Assembly: GCA_002727275.1 (NCBI GenBank)
Contig: PBWO01000019.1
Span: 15,260 to 79,259 of the forward strand
Direction of reading: 5' to 3'
From: Methanobacteriota archaeon
GTDB taxonomy: Archaea > Thermoplasmatota > Poseidoniia > Poseidoniales > Thalassarchaeaceae
Length of the DNA: 64,000 bases
Under the pieces are notes generated by a model. That model saw nothing but the letters and a program-made list of their open reading frames with translations. It searched no databases and was not told where the DNA came from. Both the position numbers and the translations under genes were made by a program. This document shows positions 1-10,724 of the stretch, one piece after another. Each line of letters begins with the position of its first letter. The stretch's first letter is position 1.

Positions 1-2
1 GC

Positions 3-446
3 TATCTGTTAGCAGGCAGGCATCTCCGTTCCGAGAGGAAAATTCCGATTTTCGTATATGCATTTCCAGTGACATTGGGGGCAGGGATATGGCTCGCAAT
101 GGCAGCCATTTCGCAAGAGGGGGCCAGCATATCAGATACTGTTCCAGAACTCTCTCTGTTTGGTTGGAGTGACGCTGTCTGGCTTTCTTGGATTGTATAC
201 CTATCAATCGGACCGGGATTGATGGGACACACTGGAATCAATACTGTTCTGAGATGGATAGCTCCAATCACTGTCTCAATCACTTTACTCTTCGAGCCAG
301 TGGTTGGGGGCATTATAGGCTGGCTTTGGGAGGGAGACATTACTCTGGGCATGTGGACCCTATTGGGAGGTCCACTGATGGTTGCCGGAGCAATCATGGT
401 AACGATGGAGGAGTATTCTTCTGGGACTCAAACAGACACTGATTGA
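3..446 (+). CDS. EamA/DMT-family transporter, C-terminal part (5' end outside window)
   Basis: Frame is open from nt 3 (YLLAGRHLR...); multiple TM helices; 'GHTGINTVLRW..SITLLFEPVVGGIIGWL' is typical of EamA. Confidence 0.85.
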   Translation, partial: YLLAGRHLRSERKIPIFVYAFPVTLGAGIWLAMAAISQEGASISDTVPELSLFGWSDAVWLSWIVYLSIGPGLMGHTGINTVLRWIAPITVSITLLFEPVVGGIIGWLWEGDITLGMWTLLGGPLMVAGAIMVTMEEYSSGTQTDTD

Positions 447-471
447 AGAACCTCCGGCCGGACCCGTATTC

Positions 472-1401
472 ATGGACAAGCCTGGCCTATTCTTGACAAA
501 CGACGATGGCGTCGAAGCAAAGGGGTTACAAGTTCTAATCAAAGAACTACATTCTATAGGATATCCGATTGTAGTACTAGCGCCTGCAAACGAGCAATCT
601 TGCTCAGGTATGAGACTTACACTCGATCATAACCTAGGGCTTCAGGAACGTGAAGACATCGCAGAATCAATCAGAGATTCTGATGGGCCCCCTCTGAGAA
701 TATTTTCTCTAGATGGCACTCCTTGTGATTGTGCCATTGTAGCTATCGATGGTGGTCTTGAATCATGGGCCCCTGAAATCAGGCCTACATTGTGTATTTC
801 TGGAATCAATCAAGGACCAAACTTGTCAGTCGATGTGCTGCACTCTGGGACCGTTTCAGCTGCTCGCGAGGCAGCGCTCTATGGGATGCCATCAATGGCC
901 TTCAGTCTAGCAACCTATGAACACTCAAACTTCGAAGAATCCCTACCTGCGATGATATCTATTATTGAGGCGTGTACCTCCAAACTACCTCGGACTCCCT
1001 GTAACTTGGGGAGGCCAGAAGGATGTAATAGAATTCCAGAAGGAGCAAACAAGAACCAATTTTCGTTTTCTGCCTTTGCTAATGGAGACATGATTCTAAA
1101 TGTTAATTCTCCAAGAATCTGGAATGGAACAATCCAGACTGTTAGTTTGGGTGCAAGGTGGTATAGGAATGCAATAGATATCAGAGATATCAGAAAATTC
1201 GATGTCGGCTTCAAAGTGGGATCAGCAAAAATCGTAGAAGAAGACATACCAGAAACTGATTGCAACGCGATAAATTCAGGTTCAGTTTCTATAACTCCTC
1301 TATCCTCTTGGCCAATCAACCACCCACTCGGCCTCGATGTAGAGGCTATGAGAGCAGCAACCCGGGCCGACCAAACTGGTCTTCCTGAATGGTTACTCTA
1401 G
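472..1401 (+). CDS. surE: 5'/3'-nucleotidase SurE
   Basis: LTNDDG, APANEQS, GTPCDC, SGINQGPN and SGTVSAAREA motifs. Confidence 0.95.
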   Translation: MDKPGLFLTNDDGVEAKGLQVLIKELHSIGYPIVVLAPANEQSCSGMRLTLDHNLGLQEREDIAESIRDSDGPPLRIFSLDGTPCDCAIVAIDGGLESWAPEIRPTLCISGINQGPNLSVDVLHSGTVSAAREAALYGMPSMAFSLATYEHSNFEESLPAMISIIEACTSKLPRTPCNLGRPEGCNRIPEGANKNQFSFSAFANGDMILNVNSPRIWNGTIQTVSLGARWYRNAIDIRDIRKFDVGFKVGSAKIVEEDIPETDCNAINSGSVSITPLSSWPINHPLGLDVEAMRAATRADQTGLPEWLL

Positions 1402-1982
1402 GAATTGTCTAGATGATGGTGCACTATGGCTACGCAAGAGTGTCCCTGCAGCCACTTTTGACCCACTGAAACTTTGTCAAAATCATCCAGCAATTCTAAC
1501 TCTGATGTGGTGAAAGTCTTGTGATCTGAGAGAACAAATCCAACTTCTTCATCTATAGTTGAAACCTCAATCGGAATCCCTTTAGCATCCATTACTAGTA
1601 TTCTACATCCTTCATCAGACCATTCTTTGAGAGTCTGGTCTAAACTTCCTCCTGAGTGACTAATCCCTCCGGAGTACTCTTCCCAGACTCCCACAGGAGG
1701 CATCCGACTTCTGACGACTGCACGTACATGTCCGGCAATTGATCTCTCGTCTGGATGCACACCTCTGAGTTTGCTACCGTCGAACTTGATTCTTCGGGAA
1801 CCGCTTCCCTCTAGGTGTAGAACAATTTGGGTTTCCTCTCTGATTCCATGCGATATGAACAGAGCAGTGTTTACAGCGCGTAGAAGTACATCCAGTCTAC
1901 CTGCGGCCCCTGCTAGATCATTGAGGGAGAAATCCCCCTTTGCAGGTACATCATGTCCAATTATCGCAAATCTGCGGCCCAG
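1398..1982 (-). CDS. trmY: tRNA (pseudouridine54-N1)-methyltransferase (SPOUT)
   Basis: FSLNDLAGAAGRLDVLLR, SHGIR, PDERS, FVLSDH motifs; probable CTG start at 1982 after GGTGA (ORF track extends to 2018). Confidence 0.88.
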   Translation of the reverse strand: MGRRFAIIGHDVPAKGDFSLNDLAGAAGRLDVLLRAVNTALFISHGIREETQIVLHLEGSGSRRIKFDGSKLRGVHPDERSIAGHVRAVVRSRMPPVGVWEEYSGGISHSGGSLDQTLKEWSDEGCRILVMDAKGIPIEVSTIDEEVGFVLSDHKTFTTSELELLDDFDKVSVGQKWLQGHSCVAIVHHHLDNS

Positions 1983-1986
1983 GATC

Positions 1987-3345
1987 TCACCCCAGGTCCA
2001 GATCCATATCGTCGACATCCATCATCGACTTCATCTTACGGCGGAAACTTCTGTCGCCCTTCATTCCACGCATCATCTTCCGACTGCGATTCCATTGAGC
2101 CAGCAACTCTTTGACATCCTTCTCATCTACTCCCGAACCTCTTGCAATTCTTCTGATTCGACTCGATTTCAACAGAATAGGGGTGTCTTTTTCCTCTTGA
2201 GTCATTGAGTCCATGATGACCCTATACTTCTCGAGATTACCTTGCATCTGCCTCTTTTGCGCTGTACTCATACTGCCCATGCCTCCGAACATAGCATCAG
2301 GCAAGTGAGACAACATCTTCTCGACACTACCAATCTTACTCATCATTTCCATTTGACTGTACATATCAGTCAATGTAAATCTACCAGACATCAGTCGCTG
2401 AGCAAGCCTATTGGCTTCTTCTTGATCTAAATCACCGGGAGCCAAATCAATCAGGCCCTTGATATCTCCAAGTCCAAGTAGTCTTGAGATGAATCTGTCC
2501 GACTCAAACTTCTCCAAATCCTGAACCCTTTCTCCCTCTCCGATGAAAACTATCGGTGCACCTGTGGTAGATACGGCACTGAGTGCCCCTCCACCACGGG
2601 CTGTACCGTCGAGTTTGGTGACAATCGTTCCTGTAACTCCCACAAGCTCGTGAAAGGTTTCAGCAACAGGGCCCGCTGCCTGTCCGACTTGAGCATCAAT
2701 AACTAGGAAACGTTCGGTTGCATTTGCAATCTTTGCAATATCAGCAAGCTCATCTCGTAACTCTTCATCCAGACTGTCGCGTCCGGCAGTATCGATGATT
2801 ACAACCTCGGCATTGCCAACTTCCTTGATTCCATTCCGAACTATTGTAGCGGCATCATTCTGGTCGGGATCTCCATAGACATCTACGTTGGTGTCCTCTA
2901 GAAGTTGCTTGAGTTGTTCATAGGCACCGGGACGGTGCACATCGGCCTCAATTACTGCTACCTTGACTCCGTGCCTACGCCTCCACCAGTCTGCTAATTT
3001 GGCAGTAGTGGTTGTCTTACCCTGCCCGTAAAGTCCGACCATAAGAATTGTCTGATTATGAGGCATAATCTCTCGAGGGGTGCCCAAGAGCCGAACCAGC
3101 TCTAGATAGACTAGGTTCATCGCGTGAGTTTCGAGTTTGACGCCAGGGCGAGGCTCTTCTTCGAGAAGTCGCCTTTCTATCCTCTCTGTGAGCTCTTTAG
3201 ACTGTCTGACGTTAAAATCGGCTTCCAATAGGGCCTTGCGAAGAGTTCTGCTTAACTCCTTAGCAGTCTCCTCATCCACCTTGCGCTTACCCCTCAATAG
3301 ACCGACGGAACCCATTATGCGTCGCTTTAGCCCATCCAGCGCCAT
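1987..3345 (-). CDS. srp54: Signal recognition particle protein SRP54
   Basis: ALLEAD, GLYGQGKTTT, DTAGR, TKLDGTARGGGALS, Met-rich M domain with SRIRRIARGSG. Confidence 0.97.
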   Translation of the reverse strand: MALDGLKRRIMGSVGLLRGKRKVDEETAKELSRTLRKALLEADFNVRQSKELTERIERRLLEEEPRPGVKLETHAMNLVYLELVRLLGTPREIMPHNQTILMVGLYGQGKTTTTAKLADWWRRRHGVKVAVIEADVHRPGAYEQLKQLLEDTNVDVYGDPDQNDAATIVRNGIKEVGNAEVVIIDTAGRDSLDEELRDELADIAKIANATERFLVIDAQVGQAAGPVAETFHELVGVTGTIVTKLDGTARGGGALSAVSTTGAPIVFIGEGERVQDLEKFESDRFISRLLGLGDIKGLIDLAPGDLDQEEANRLAQRLMSGRFTLTDMYSQMEMMSKIGSVEKMLSHLPDAMFGGMGSMSTAQKRQMQGNLEKYRVIMDSMTQEEKDTPILLKSSRIRRIARGSGVDEKDVKELLAQWNRSRKMMRGMKGDRSFRRKMKSMMDVDDMDLDLG

Positions 3346-3387
3346 ACTCGCGGGTCCTGATTGTGTGGTTTGAACATTATCTGAGGC

Positions 3388-4209
3388 GTGGGCCTCAAAG
3401 CCGATGTGCTATGGCCAATCGTGGCAGTCGAGTTGTGGCAGACACAAGTTGCCTTCGCAATCGGGTTACTGGGCATCTATGGTGGTTGGAAGGGCACAAT
3501 CTCGAAGATGACCGGATTTTACGACTTAGCAGGGGCGGTGAAACATCTAATCTATGGCATAGTCGTAGGTATGATACTAGCAGTATTCGTAGACAGAATG
3601 ATACTATCTTCAGTCATTCTATCATATCTCAATATCTTCGGAGCTTTCACAGTCGCCATACTGATCGCTGCGGGAGAGTCGGCCTTCGTTTTATTCATCC
3701 TTTCACGTCCACGAACCGCCTCACTGCGAGCCTCTCCTCCATTTGGATGGACACTGGGTCTTGGAATCGGCTCGATGCAGGCATGCGTCTTAATTTTCCG
3801 ATTATTTGACGAGGAATTAGCATATTCTGGATACTCTGGAGTCAATTTGATCAGCCTATCTTTGGCAACATCAATCGCTTTGTGCTCTTGTTTAGGGCAT
3901 GCCCTCCTTGGTTGTTGGCAAGGAGCACAATTACTGGAATCCAATAGACTGCGACCATTTGTGATGTCAACAGTTTACCGTGGTGCACTGACCGTTTGCA
4001 TCGTACTTGCCTTGTTTACTCCTTTTACTCTGATAGCCGTACTCCCTGGATTGGCTCTTGCATGGAGCAAAGCCCAGTCAAGTTGGCTACTTTCGGGCAT
4101 GACTCCTGCGGCAAAACAGGCATATAGGCGCACAACTAGACAATCAATGCGCCATAAAGCGGCCTCAGATAGTAGAATCAAGGGTGAGTACGTAGATTCC
4201 GACGAATAA
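3388..4209 (+). CDS. Multi-pass membrane protein, possibly degenerate PrsW-like
   Basis: About 7-8 hydrophobic segments and a basic C-terminal tail; start may be GTG 3421. Confidence 0.6.
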   Translation: MGLKADVLWPIVAVELWQTQVAFAIGLLGIYGGWKGTISKMTGFYDLAGAVKHLIYGIVVGMILAVFVDRMILSSVILSYLNIFGAFTVAILIAAGESAFVLFILSRPRTASLRASPPFGWTLGLGIGSMQACVLIFRLFDEELAYSGYSGVNLISLSLATSIALCSCLGHALLGCWQGAQLLESNRLRPFVMSTVYRGALTVCIVLALFTPFTLIAVLPGLALAWSKAQSSWLLSGMTPAAKQAYRRTTRQSMRHKAASDSRIKGEYVDSDE

Positions 4210-4289
4210 ACAATCATTGTTGGCTTTAAGTCGCTTTCAGGCATACGAATGGCGCAGTATTATATTCGCACCGCCGAGGGTTTCACCGC

Positions 4290-5708
4290 ATGCGAGTTAT
4301 CATTGCAGGGGCTGGAGAGATTGGGCGAGGTGTCGCAGAAGCTCTTAGACAAGAGAGCAGAAGCGTTGCTCTAATCGATCCAGATCCTACTGCAATCATT
4401 GAATCTCAGAGTCTCGACTGTCTCCTTATTACTGGCAGTGCATTGTCTCGTGAATCATTACTAAGGGCTGGAATAAGCGATGCTGAGATAGTAGTTTTAG
4501 CGACAAATAATGATGAGACCAATCTTCTAGGGTGCGCCTTTGCAAAGAAGGTCTTTGGTGAACAGGTTGGAGATCGAAGAAGTAGTGGCTTGACCACTAT
4601 TGCCAAGATAAGAGACCCAACCCTTCTAGATCACTCAAAGGGTGCCGGACCTCTGGAAAATTGGTCTAGGGCCGACCATGTAGTCTGTGCCTCCGACGAG
4701 ATCGTAGAACAACTTGCTGCAGGCCTGTTAGCGCCTTCAATAGATGAGATTCTACCTCTAGGTGGGACTTCTTGGATCGCTGTTTCAGAAGTAATGTCTA
4801 ATTCACCTTTGATCGGAACAAAGACGGGCCAAGTTGGTGATATTTTTGTCGGAATTCCTTCAATTTATGCCATCAGGAATCCCGGAGAAATAGGAAGCAT
4901 AGCCACAGGAGATGAGATTATTCAGGAAGGGCAGATTTTAGCATTCGTTTCTCGTTCAACAGACCAATTCCCTCAGATTACTAGGGCCGTAGGGAGGAAG
5001 GATGAGGATTTCCCTGAGAATGCACAAGTTGCAATTTTCGGAGCCAGTAACTTCGGCTCTAGGCTTGCAAAGCATTACCTGAAAAAAGGCTCCAGTGTTA
5101 TTGTAATTGAGCCCGACTTGGACTTGGCCAACGAACTAGTAGGTTCGCCCGTAGGCAACAGCAAGAGACTCGATGTTATCCATGGAGATCCTCAAGATGA
5201 GGAGTTGCTTAGCGAGCTTGGAATTGACAGTCATGACATTGCCGTGGCTGCGTTGGATGACGACAATCTGAACATTGCAATTTCTATGCGTGCCAAGGAC
5301 AAGGGCGTTCCAAGGACCGGGTTATTACTCAAGGATAGGGCCCTTGTGGAAGCAGTTCATAGAATAGGTCTGACCCGACCTGTGAGTCGCAGATTGGTAT
5401 CTGTCACATCTCTTCTTAAGTCAATTCACATGAATGTTCCAGGTGCATATCAGGTGATTCCACCAATGCCTTCGATTATCTCTATCTCCGCTGAGGTCAG
5501 CCCAAATCATTCCTTCGCTGGAAAGTCTGTGAAGGAAGTTGAGAAGGCCATAGGGGCAAGAGTTGTTCTAGTTGATAGGCAAAACGAAAATGGAGAAGTT
5601 GAAGTTCTAAAGCCCTTCATGGTCGAGACAATTGATGTCGATGATAGGATCTACCTGTTCCTCTCTAAGAGTGATCTGAAGAAGGTCGAGAGGGCATTGG
5701 AGAACTGA
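4290..5708 (+). CDS. trkA: Trk K+ uptake NAD-binding subunit TrkA
   Basis: Two RCK-N Rossmann motifs (IIAGAGEIG; IFGASNFG) plus RCK-C domains; adjacent to trkH. Confidence 0.92.
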   Translation: MRVIIAGAGEIGRGVAEALRQESRSVALIDPDPTAIIESQSLDCLLITGSALSRESLLRAGISDAEIVVLATNNDETNLLGCAFAKKVFGEQVGDRRSSGLTTIAKIRDPTLLDHSKGAGPLENWSRADHVVCASDEIVEQLAAGLLAPSIDEILPLGGTSWIAVSEVMSNSPLIGTKTGQVGDIFVGIPSIYAIRNPGEIGSIATGDEIIQEGQILAFVSRSTDQFPQITRAVGRKDEDFPENAQVAIFGASNFGSRLAKHYLKKGSSVIVIEPDLDLANELVGSPVGNSKRLDVIHGDPQDEELLSELGIDSHDIAVAALDDDNLNIAISMRAKDKGVPRTGLLLKDRALVEAVHRIGLTRPVSRRLVSVTSLLKSIHMNVPGAYQVIPPMPSIISISAEVSPNHSFAGKSVKEVEKAIGARVVLVDRQNENGEVEVLKPFMVETIDVDDRIYLFLSKSDLKKVERALEN

Positions 5709-5710
5709 AG

Positions 5711-7285
5711 ATGCGTTGGGATGTCGTAGGACTCGTATTAGGTTGGACAATCCGTCTGATTTCGATTCCACTACTGGTGGTCTTTCTCTATAGTGGATTC
5801 GTAGAAAACGAAGGCATAGAATATGCAGCGATTACCTATTTGCCATCATTTTTCCTTTCACTCATTATAGGGCAGTCTTTGGTCTCTCTAGCTGAAAACT
5901 CTGATGCATCATCTAGAGTAAGAGATAGGGAAGCATTTGCTTCAGTGGCTCTAGGTTGGATTCCTGTAGTCGCAGTTGGCTCACTACCATTTTGGCTTGG
6001 GGGTGTATTCTACGGTCCTAACGAATTCATCGCAGGAGATACTAATGGTTGGGGCATGATGGGTGGTCTCTTACATTCGTGGTTTGAGTCTATGTCTGGA
6101 TTCACAACAACTGGTGCTACAGTGATTGATATTCCGACAAGTCCCGTTTGTGCAGAAATGACGGTTTCCGACGACTGCATTGGTAGTCAGAACAGAAGTA
6201 TACTAGTTTGGAGATCTGTATCTCAATGGCTTGGTGGAATGGGAGTTATAATGCTCGGTTTGCTCATTCTATCAAGAGTTCTTGGGGGAGGAATGTCATT
6301 AGCTAGGGCCGAGTTAACTGGGCCAACTATGTCCAGGCTCGGACCTACCATTCAGTGGACAGCTAGGCGATTGTGGCTGATTTATGTCGTGCTAACTTTC
6401 CTTGAATTCGGAATGCTGTATTTCCTCGGTGGCATCGGAATCTTTGACGCTGCAAACTATGCCCTCACTACTCTCCCTTCAGGTGGCTTCGGAACATCAG
6501 ACAGTGGAATCATGGCCTTCGATTCTGCCAAAGTTGAGAGTATTATTATGATATTCATGCTTCTGACATGTATAAATTTCAGCCTACTTCATTTGATACT
6601 TGCAGGGCGCTCTACGGAGGTCTGGAAGGACGAAGAACTTCGTAGCTATATGGCTATTCTGGTAGTTGCTTGGTTGGCCATGGCTCTGAACCTCTATCGC
6701 TCAGCAGGAGATCTAGGGGCTCTTGAATCTCTCAGACACTCCCTTTTTCAGGCAATTTCAATCTCCAGTACAGGTTATTCTTCCGCTGACTTCGCTACAT
6801 GGCCTGTATTCAGTCAGTTCGTGTTGCTTCTACTGATGGTCGTTGGCGCTTCTGCTGGCTCAACTGGTGGAGGATTAAAGGTCCTTAGAATACGAATCGC
6901 ATTCGAGCTTGCAAAAAGGGAGATTGTGAAAATCATCCAACCTCGACAAGTGGTCGCTATTAGGTTCAATGACCAAGTAATCGAGGAACGTAAAGTCTGG
7001 ATCGTACTCGGGATGATTAGTTCATGGATGGTTTTGGTTACATTATCCATACTCGCCATTTCTCTTCTAGAACCATCTCTGACAATGACTGACGTCCTTT
7101 CAATCTCAGTTTCACTTCTTGGAAATACCGGGCCTGCATTGGGGGCATTCGGACCTACTGCAACTTGGGCCGCTCTAAGTGAACCTTCAATGATGATAGC
7201 GACACTACTAATGTGGCTTGGTAGGCTAGAATTGCTGACAGTTTTGGTCTTATTACATCCAAGAACTTGGTCAGGCAGCGACTAA
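5711..7285 (+). CDS. trkH: Trk K+ uptake membrane subunit TrkH
   Basis: FESMSGFTTTGAT, QWLGGMG, GSTGGGLK, GNTGP, MWLGRLE motifs. Confidence 0.95.
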   Translation: MRWDVVGLVLGWTIRLISIPLLVVFLYSGFVENEGIEYAAITYLPSFFLSLIIGQSLVSLAENSDASSRVRDREAFASVALGWIPVVAVGSLPFWLGGVFYGPNEFIAGDTNGWGMMGGLLHSWFESMSGFTTTGATVIDIPTSPVCAEMTVSDDCIGSQNRSILVWRSVSQWLGGMGVIMLGLLILSRVLGGGMSLARAELTGPTMSRLGPTIQWTARRLWLIYVVLTFLEFGMLYFLGGIGIFDAANYALTTLPSGGFGTSDSGIMAFDSAKVESIIMIFMLLTCINFSLLHLILAGRSTEVWKDEELRSYMAILVVAWLAMALNLYRSAGDLGALESLRHSLFQAISISSTGYSSADFATWPVFSQFVLLLLMVVGASAGSTGGGLKVLRIRIAFELAKREIVKIIQPRQVVAIRFNDQVIEERKVWIVLGMISSWMVLVTLSILAISLLEPSLTMTDVLSISVSLLGNTGPALGAFGPTATWAALSEPSMMIATLLMWLGRLELLTVLVLLHPRTWSGSD

Positions 7286-8791
7286 TTAGAAAGAGTCCAG
7301 TGAGAACTGGGTACTATCACTTTCATCATCAGAAGTAGGTTTTGGAACTTCGACCTGGATACCTTCGTCAAACTCTTCTTCAAGGTCTGAATCGTACATT
7401 TCTATAAGTTTGGCAGCCTTCTTGCGACTTCTAGGTATGCCATGAAGAGCGAGATGTCCTACCGCCTCGAGTCCTAGATGTTTTGAGACTGTGAAGTCTT
7501 GAGGGTCTGCACCCAGATTTTCCTCATGGATGGCCAGAAGACTGGGCCATAGGTCCTCGCGGACAGATGCTTTGCTAGTCCCTAGTTCTTCGGACATTTG
7601 ACTAACAACGGTGCTGGTACGCCAAGACTCAGAGCCCCTACGAAGGAAGTTCGGATATCCTATGAATGGGTCCGAATCGGGATCTCTGGCCCTGTAAGAA
7701 ACCGCCGCTTGGGAGGTCAGTACCGAGCCCCAGTACCATGAACGGAATGCTCTATTGACAAATTTAGTCGCTAAAGCCCTATCAGCCATGCACATAGCAT
7801 CGCTGATTTGTGAAAGGGTATCTGAGTCGAAGACGGTTTGATTATTCCAAGCAAACCAAGCCAACATGTCATCTGGGTCCTTGTCGGAAGACATCAGCAC
7901 CAATCCAGCTTCTTTCCCTGAGTTCGATTTGTATACCTCCCGCATCGCCCTGAAAATATCAATCTGAGAATCCCTAACTGAGATATCAGTCAACGAGGTC
8001 ACAGCCTCAAGATCGATGTGGCCTTCTTCTATAGCGCAAATCGCCTCTAAATCTCTGACTAAAGCTCTGAGATCTCCCGGGTTATCTTCGATTAGTGACT
8101 CCAATGCGCCCGGATCAATACTCCTGTTCTCGGCGTCTAGTACTCTATGGGCGACCCTTCTGAGGTGAACTTTACCCACCCGATTGAAACCAATCATTTC
8201 GGTTTTGGAAAGCAACCTGTCACGATTTCTTTTCCAACTACTGTTCCTTCCCCAGAGTTTCATCGGTTCGTTACAAGTCATAATCACAGGCTGCTGAGTA
8301 TTTTCCAGTAGATTTAGCAATTCAGCCTTGCCTCCTGTGTCACCTTTGAGCACAACTGCCTCCTCAGAAGGCACTAGAGAAGACTCAATCCTATCGTCCG
8401 ATATTCTGGCGAAACCTCCGCTGAGATGATCAACCTCATCTAGGAGGATGAGAGTCTTTGAATTTGAACCTCCTCCATTGACAAAACTATCCAATGAGAT
8501 ATGCTGAGAACTTTGAGTCGCTGCACTTCTAATTGATGCAGCGTTACGGTCAGCGGAGGCGTTGAGTTCTACTACAGTCCAGCCTCGTTCACTTGCTACT
8601 GCACGAGCCAGTGTGGTTTTCCCAACTCCGGGTGGGCCGGAAAGCAACAGACCTCGCTTGGAAGGATACCCATTATCCCAACGATCTAGCCATAGCCGAA
8701 TCTTCCTCATTGGGGTCTCATTTCCTTCCATTTGGTCCAAAGAATCTGGCCGATATCTCTCAGTCCAATCGTCGACGGTCTGCGCCACCAC
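7286..8791 (-). CDS. rfcL: Replication factor C large subunit
   Basis: WTERYRP, GPPGVGKTT, ELNASADR, LLDEVD, GDLRA; C-terminal PIP box QFSLDSF. Confidence 0.93.
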   Translation of the reverse strand: MVAQTVDDWTERYRPDSLDQMEGNETPMRKIRLWLDRWDNGYPSKRGLLLSGPPGVGKTTLARAVASERGWTVVELNASADRNAASIRSAATQSSQHISLDSFVNGGGSNSKTLILLDEVDHLSGGFARISDDRIESSLVPSEEAVVLKGDTGGKAELLNLLENTQQPVIMTCNEPMKLWGRNSSWKRNRDRLLSKTEMIGFNRVGKVHLRRVAHRVLDAENRSIDPGALESLIEDNPGDLRALVRDLEAICAIEEGHIDLEAVTSLTDISVRDSQIDIFRAMREVYKSNSGKEAGLVLMSSDKDPDDMLAWFAWNNQTVFDSDTLSQISDAMCMADRALATKFVNRAFRSWYWGSVLTSQAAVSYRARDPDSDPFIGYPNFLRRGSESWRTSTVVSQMSEELGTSKASVREDLWPSLLAIHEENLGADPQDFTVSKHLGLEAVGHLALHGIPRSRKKAAKLIEMYDSDLEEEFDEGIQVEVPKPTSDDESDSTQFSLDSF

Positions 8792-8827
8792 GCTGCGATG
8801 TGGAACCGGGACCCCATAAGATTCGCG

Positions 8828-10540
8828 TCAGAACATTGTGCTAAGATCGCCATTGGAGAGAGTGTCTATCAATTCGTCAACAGAGCATCTAATCTGCTTC
8901 TGGTCATCTCTGCGCCTGACGGTTACAGTACCATCTTCCATTGAATCGTGGTCTATTGTAACTGCCCATGGTACACCTATCTCATCCACTCGGGCATATC
9001 TCCGACCTATTGATTTGGATGAGTCCATCTCACCTTTGCGTCCAGGGACCGAATTAACTCGAGTAATTACATCGTGTGCAATTTTCAACATCCCGGGCTT
9101 GTCAAATAAAGGTAGTACAGCGACGTCGTAGGGAGCTACTCTGGAGTTTAATCTCATTACTGAGTATGGCTCGCCTTCCTTCTCCGTTTCCGTGAAGGCA
9201 TGGTCTAGGATGTGCCATACAATCCTGTCAATTCCGAAAGCTGGTTCGATAACATGAGGTGTGAACCACTCTCCATGTACTGTTACTTCGTCAGTTCTTC
9301 GAGTGACCATCTCTTCTGTTATCCGAACCGATGAACCATCTGTGAGTTCCAAATCGAATGGTATATTTTCAGGTAACTCAGTCAATTGTGAAAGAGATTC
9401 AACCACTGCTCCAGCTTGACCTTTGAATGCCGGCCCAATAACTGCAGAGATTGGAGCTAGGAAATCTTTGACTTCGTTTTTAGGCTCATCGTATTGTCTC
9501 CAAGCCCGTAATAATTTGGAACCACTTGCTCGTTCGTGTGATTCAAGATCATGACAAGTTCGGTTGGCGATACCCACACATTCCACCCAGCCATGTTCTC
9601 CGTGCAACTCACAATCCCAGCAGTCTTCAGCATAGTGAGCCATCTCTGAGCCAGAATGCTGGCGAAAACGGATCTTTGACGGTTCTACGCCTACATTAAC
9701 TAGAAAATCCATAGTCCTAGCAAGGAACCAAGCGACGGTTGGATGGCGAATAATGCCCTTCGACAAAGCATCTTCGTAAGTCATTTCACATTCACCAGCA
9801 TGATGACCTTCCGGGTCTGGGACCATCATCACCGGAGTTGACCAGATGGACAATTCTGGGCACGGAGGAGATTCTGGATCGATGAAGTACTCTAATTCGG
9901 CCATATCGAATTCACGAAGTCTAATCATACCCTGTCGAGGACTTATTTCGTTTCGATACCCCTTCCCTGTTTGAACTGCTCCGAAAGGTAGTTTTTGCTT
10001 GAAATGTCGGAAGAGTGCAGGATATAACATGAACATACCTTGAGCTGTCTCCGGCCTCATGTAGGCAGACCTGCCTCTACTCATGGCACCAATCCTAGTC
10101 GAGAACATCAGATTCATTGGCCTTACATCAGACCACTTTGCTTCAGAACAAGCGGGACATGATATTCCTTGTGAGAGTAATGATGAGACCTCATCAACTG
10201 ACAGTGAATCTGGGTTTTGGTGAACATTTTCAAGTAAATGGTCAGCCCTGAATGCAGACTCGCAACTATTGCAAGAAACCATTAGATCATTGAATTCACC
10301 AACGTGTCCACTAGCAACGAGAACGGACTCTGGAGTCAGTGTAGGCGAGTCAACTTCGACTATGTCTCCCTGACTGGTCCAATGATCAATCCATGAGTCA
10401 ACAACCTTTCTTTTGATTCTAGCACCTACGGGTCCGTAGTCTACCAACCCAGACACGCCTCCATATATCTCGAAGGAAGGAAGCACAACCCCTCTCCTTC
10501 TGAGCAGAGAGGTCAGCCTGTCTATTCTCCTCTCGCTCAT
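8828..10540 (-). CDS. glyS: Glycine--tRNA ligase (archaeal/eukaryotic dimeric type)
   Basis: FEIYGG, MRPETAQG, RNEISPRQGMIRLREF, EMAHYA, VIEPAFGIDR, SIGRRYAR. Confidence 0.96.
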   Translation of the reverse strand: MSERRIDRLTSLLRRRGVVLPSFEIYGGVSGLVDYGPVGARIKRKVVDSWIDHWTSQGDIVEVDSPTLTPESVLVASGHVGEFNDLMVSCNSCESAFRADHLLENVHQNPDSLSVDEVSSLLSQGISCPACSEAKWSDVRPMNLMFSTRIGAMSRGRSAYMRPETAQGMFMLYPALFRHFKQKLPFGAVQTGKGYRNEISPRQGMIRLREFDMAELEYFIDPESPPCPELSIWSTPVMMVPDPEGHHAGECEMTYEDALSKGIIRHPTVAWFLARTMDFLVNVGVEPSKIRFRQHSGSEMAHYAEDCWDCELHGEHGWVECVGIANRTCHDLESHERASGSKLLRAWRQYDEPKNEVKDFLAPISAVIGPAFKGQAGAVVESLSQLTELPENIPFDLELTDGSSVRITEEMVTRRTDEVTVHGEWFTPHVIEPAFGIDRIVWHILDHAFTETEKEGEPYSVMRLNSRVAPYDVAVLPLFDKPGMLKIAHDVITRVNSVPGRKGEMDSSKSIGRRYARVDEIGVPWAVTIDHDSMEDGTVTVRRRDDQKQIRCSVDELIDTLSNGDLSTMF

Positions 10541-10724
10541 ACTCTTCGAGCCCGAGTGGAGACTTTCAAGCCATCCTTGACGAGTAGTCTTGGGAGGCGA
10601 TTGTACAATGACAACTGAATTGCGAGTATTGTTTCAATCAATTGGGTTCTGACTCCTTCGGTGCATGATATTCAGAAGCATTCATTTATTCAATCGAGGC
10701 CCTGACAACCGTAGGTGAGAGAAA

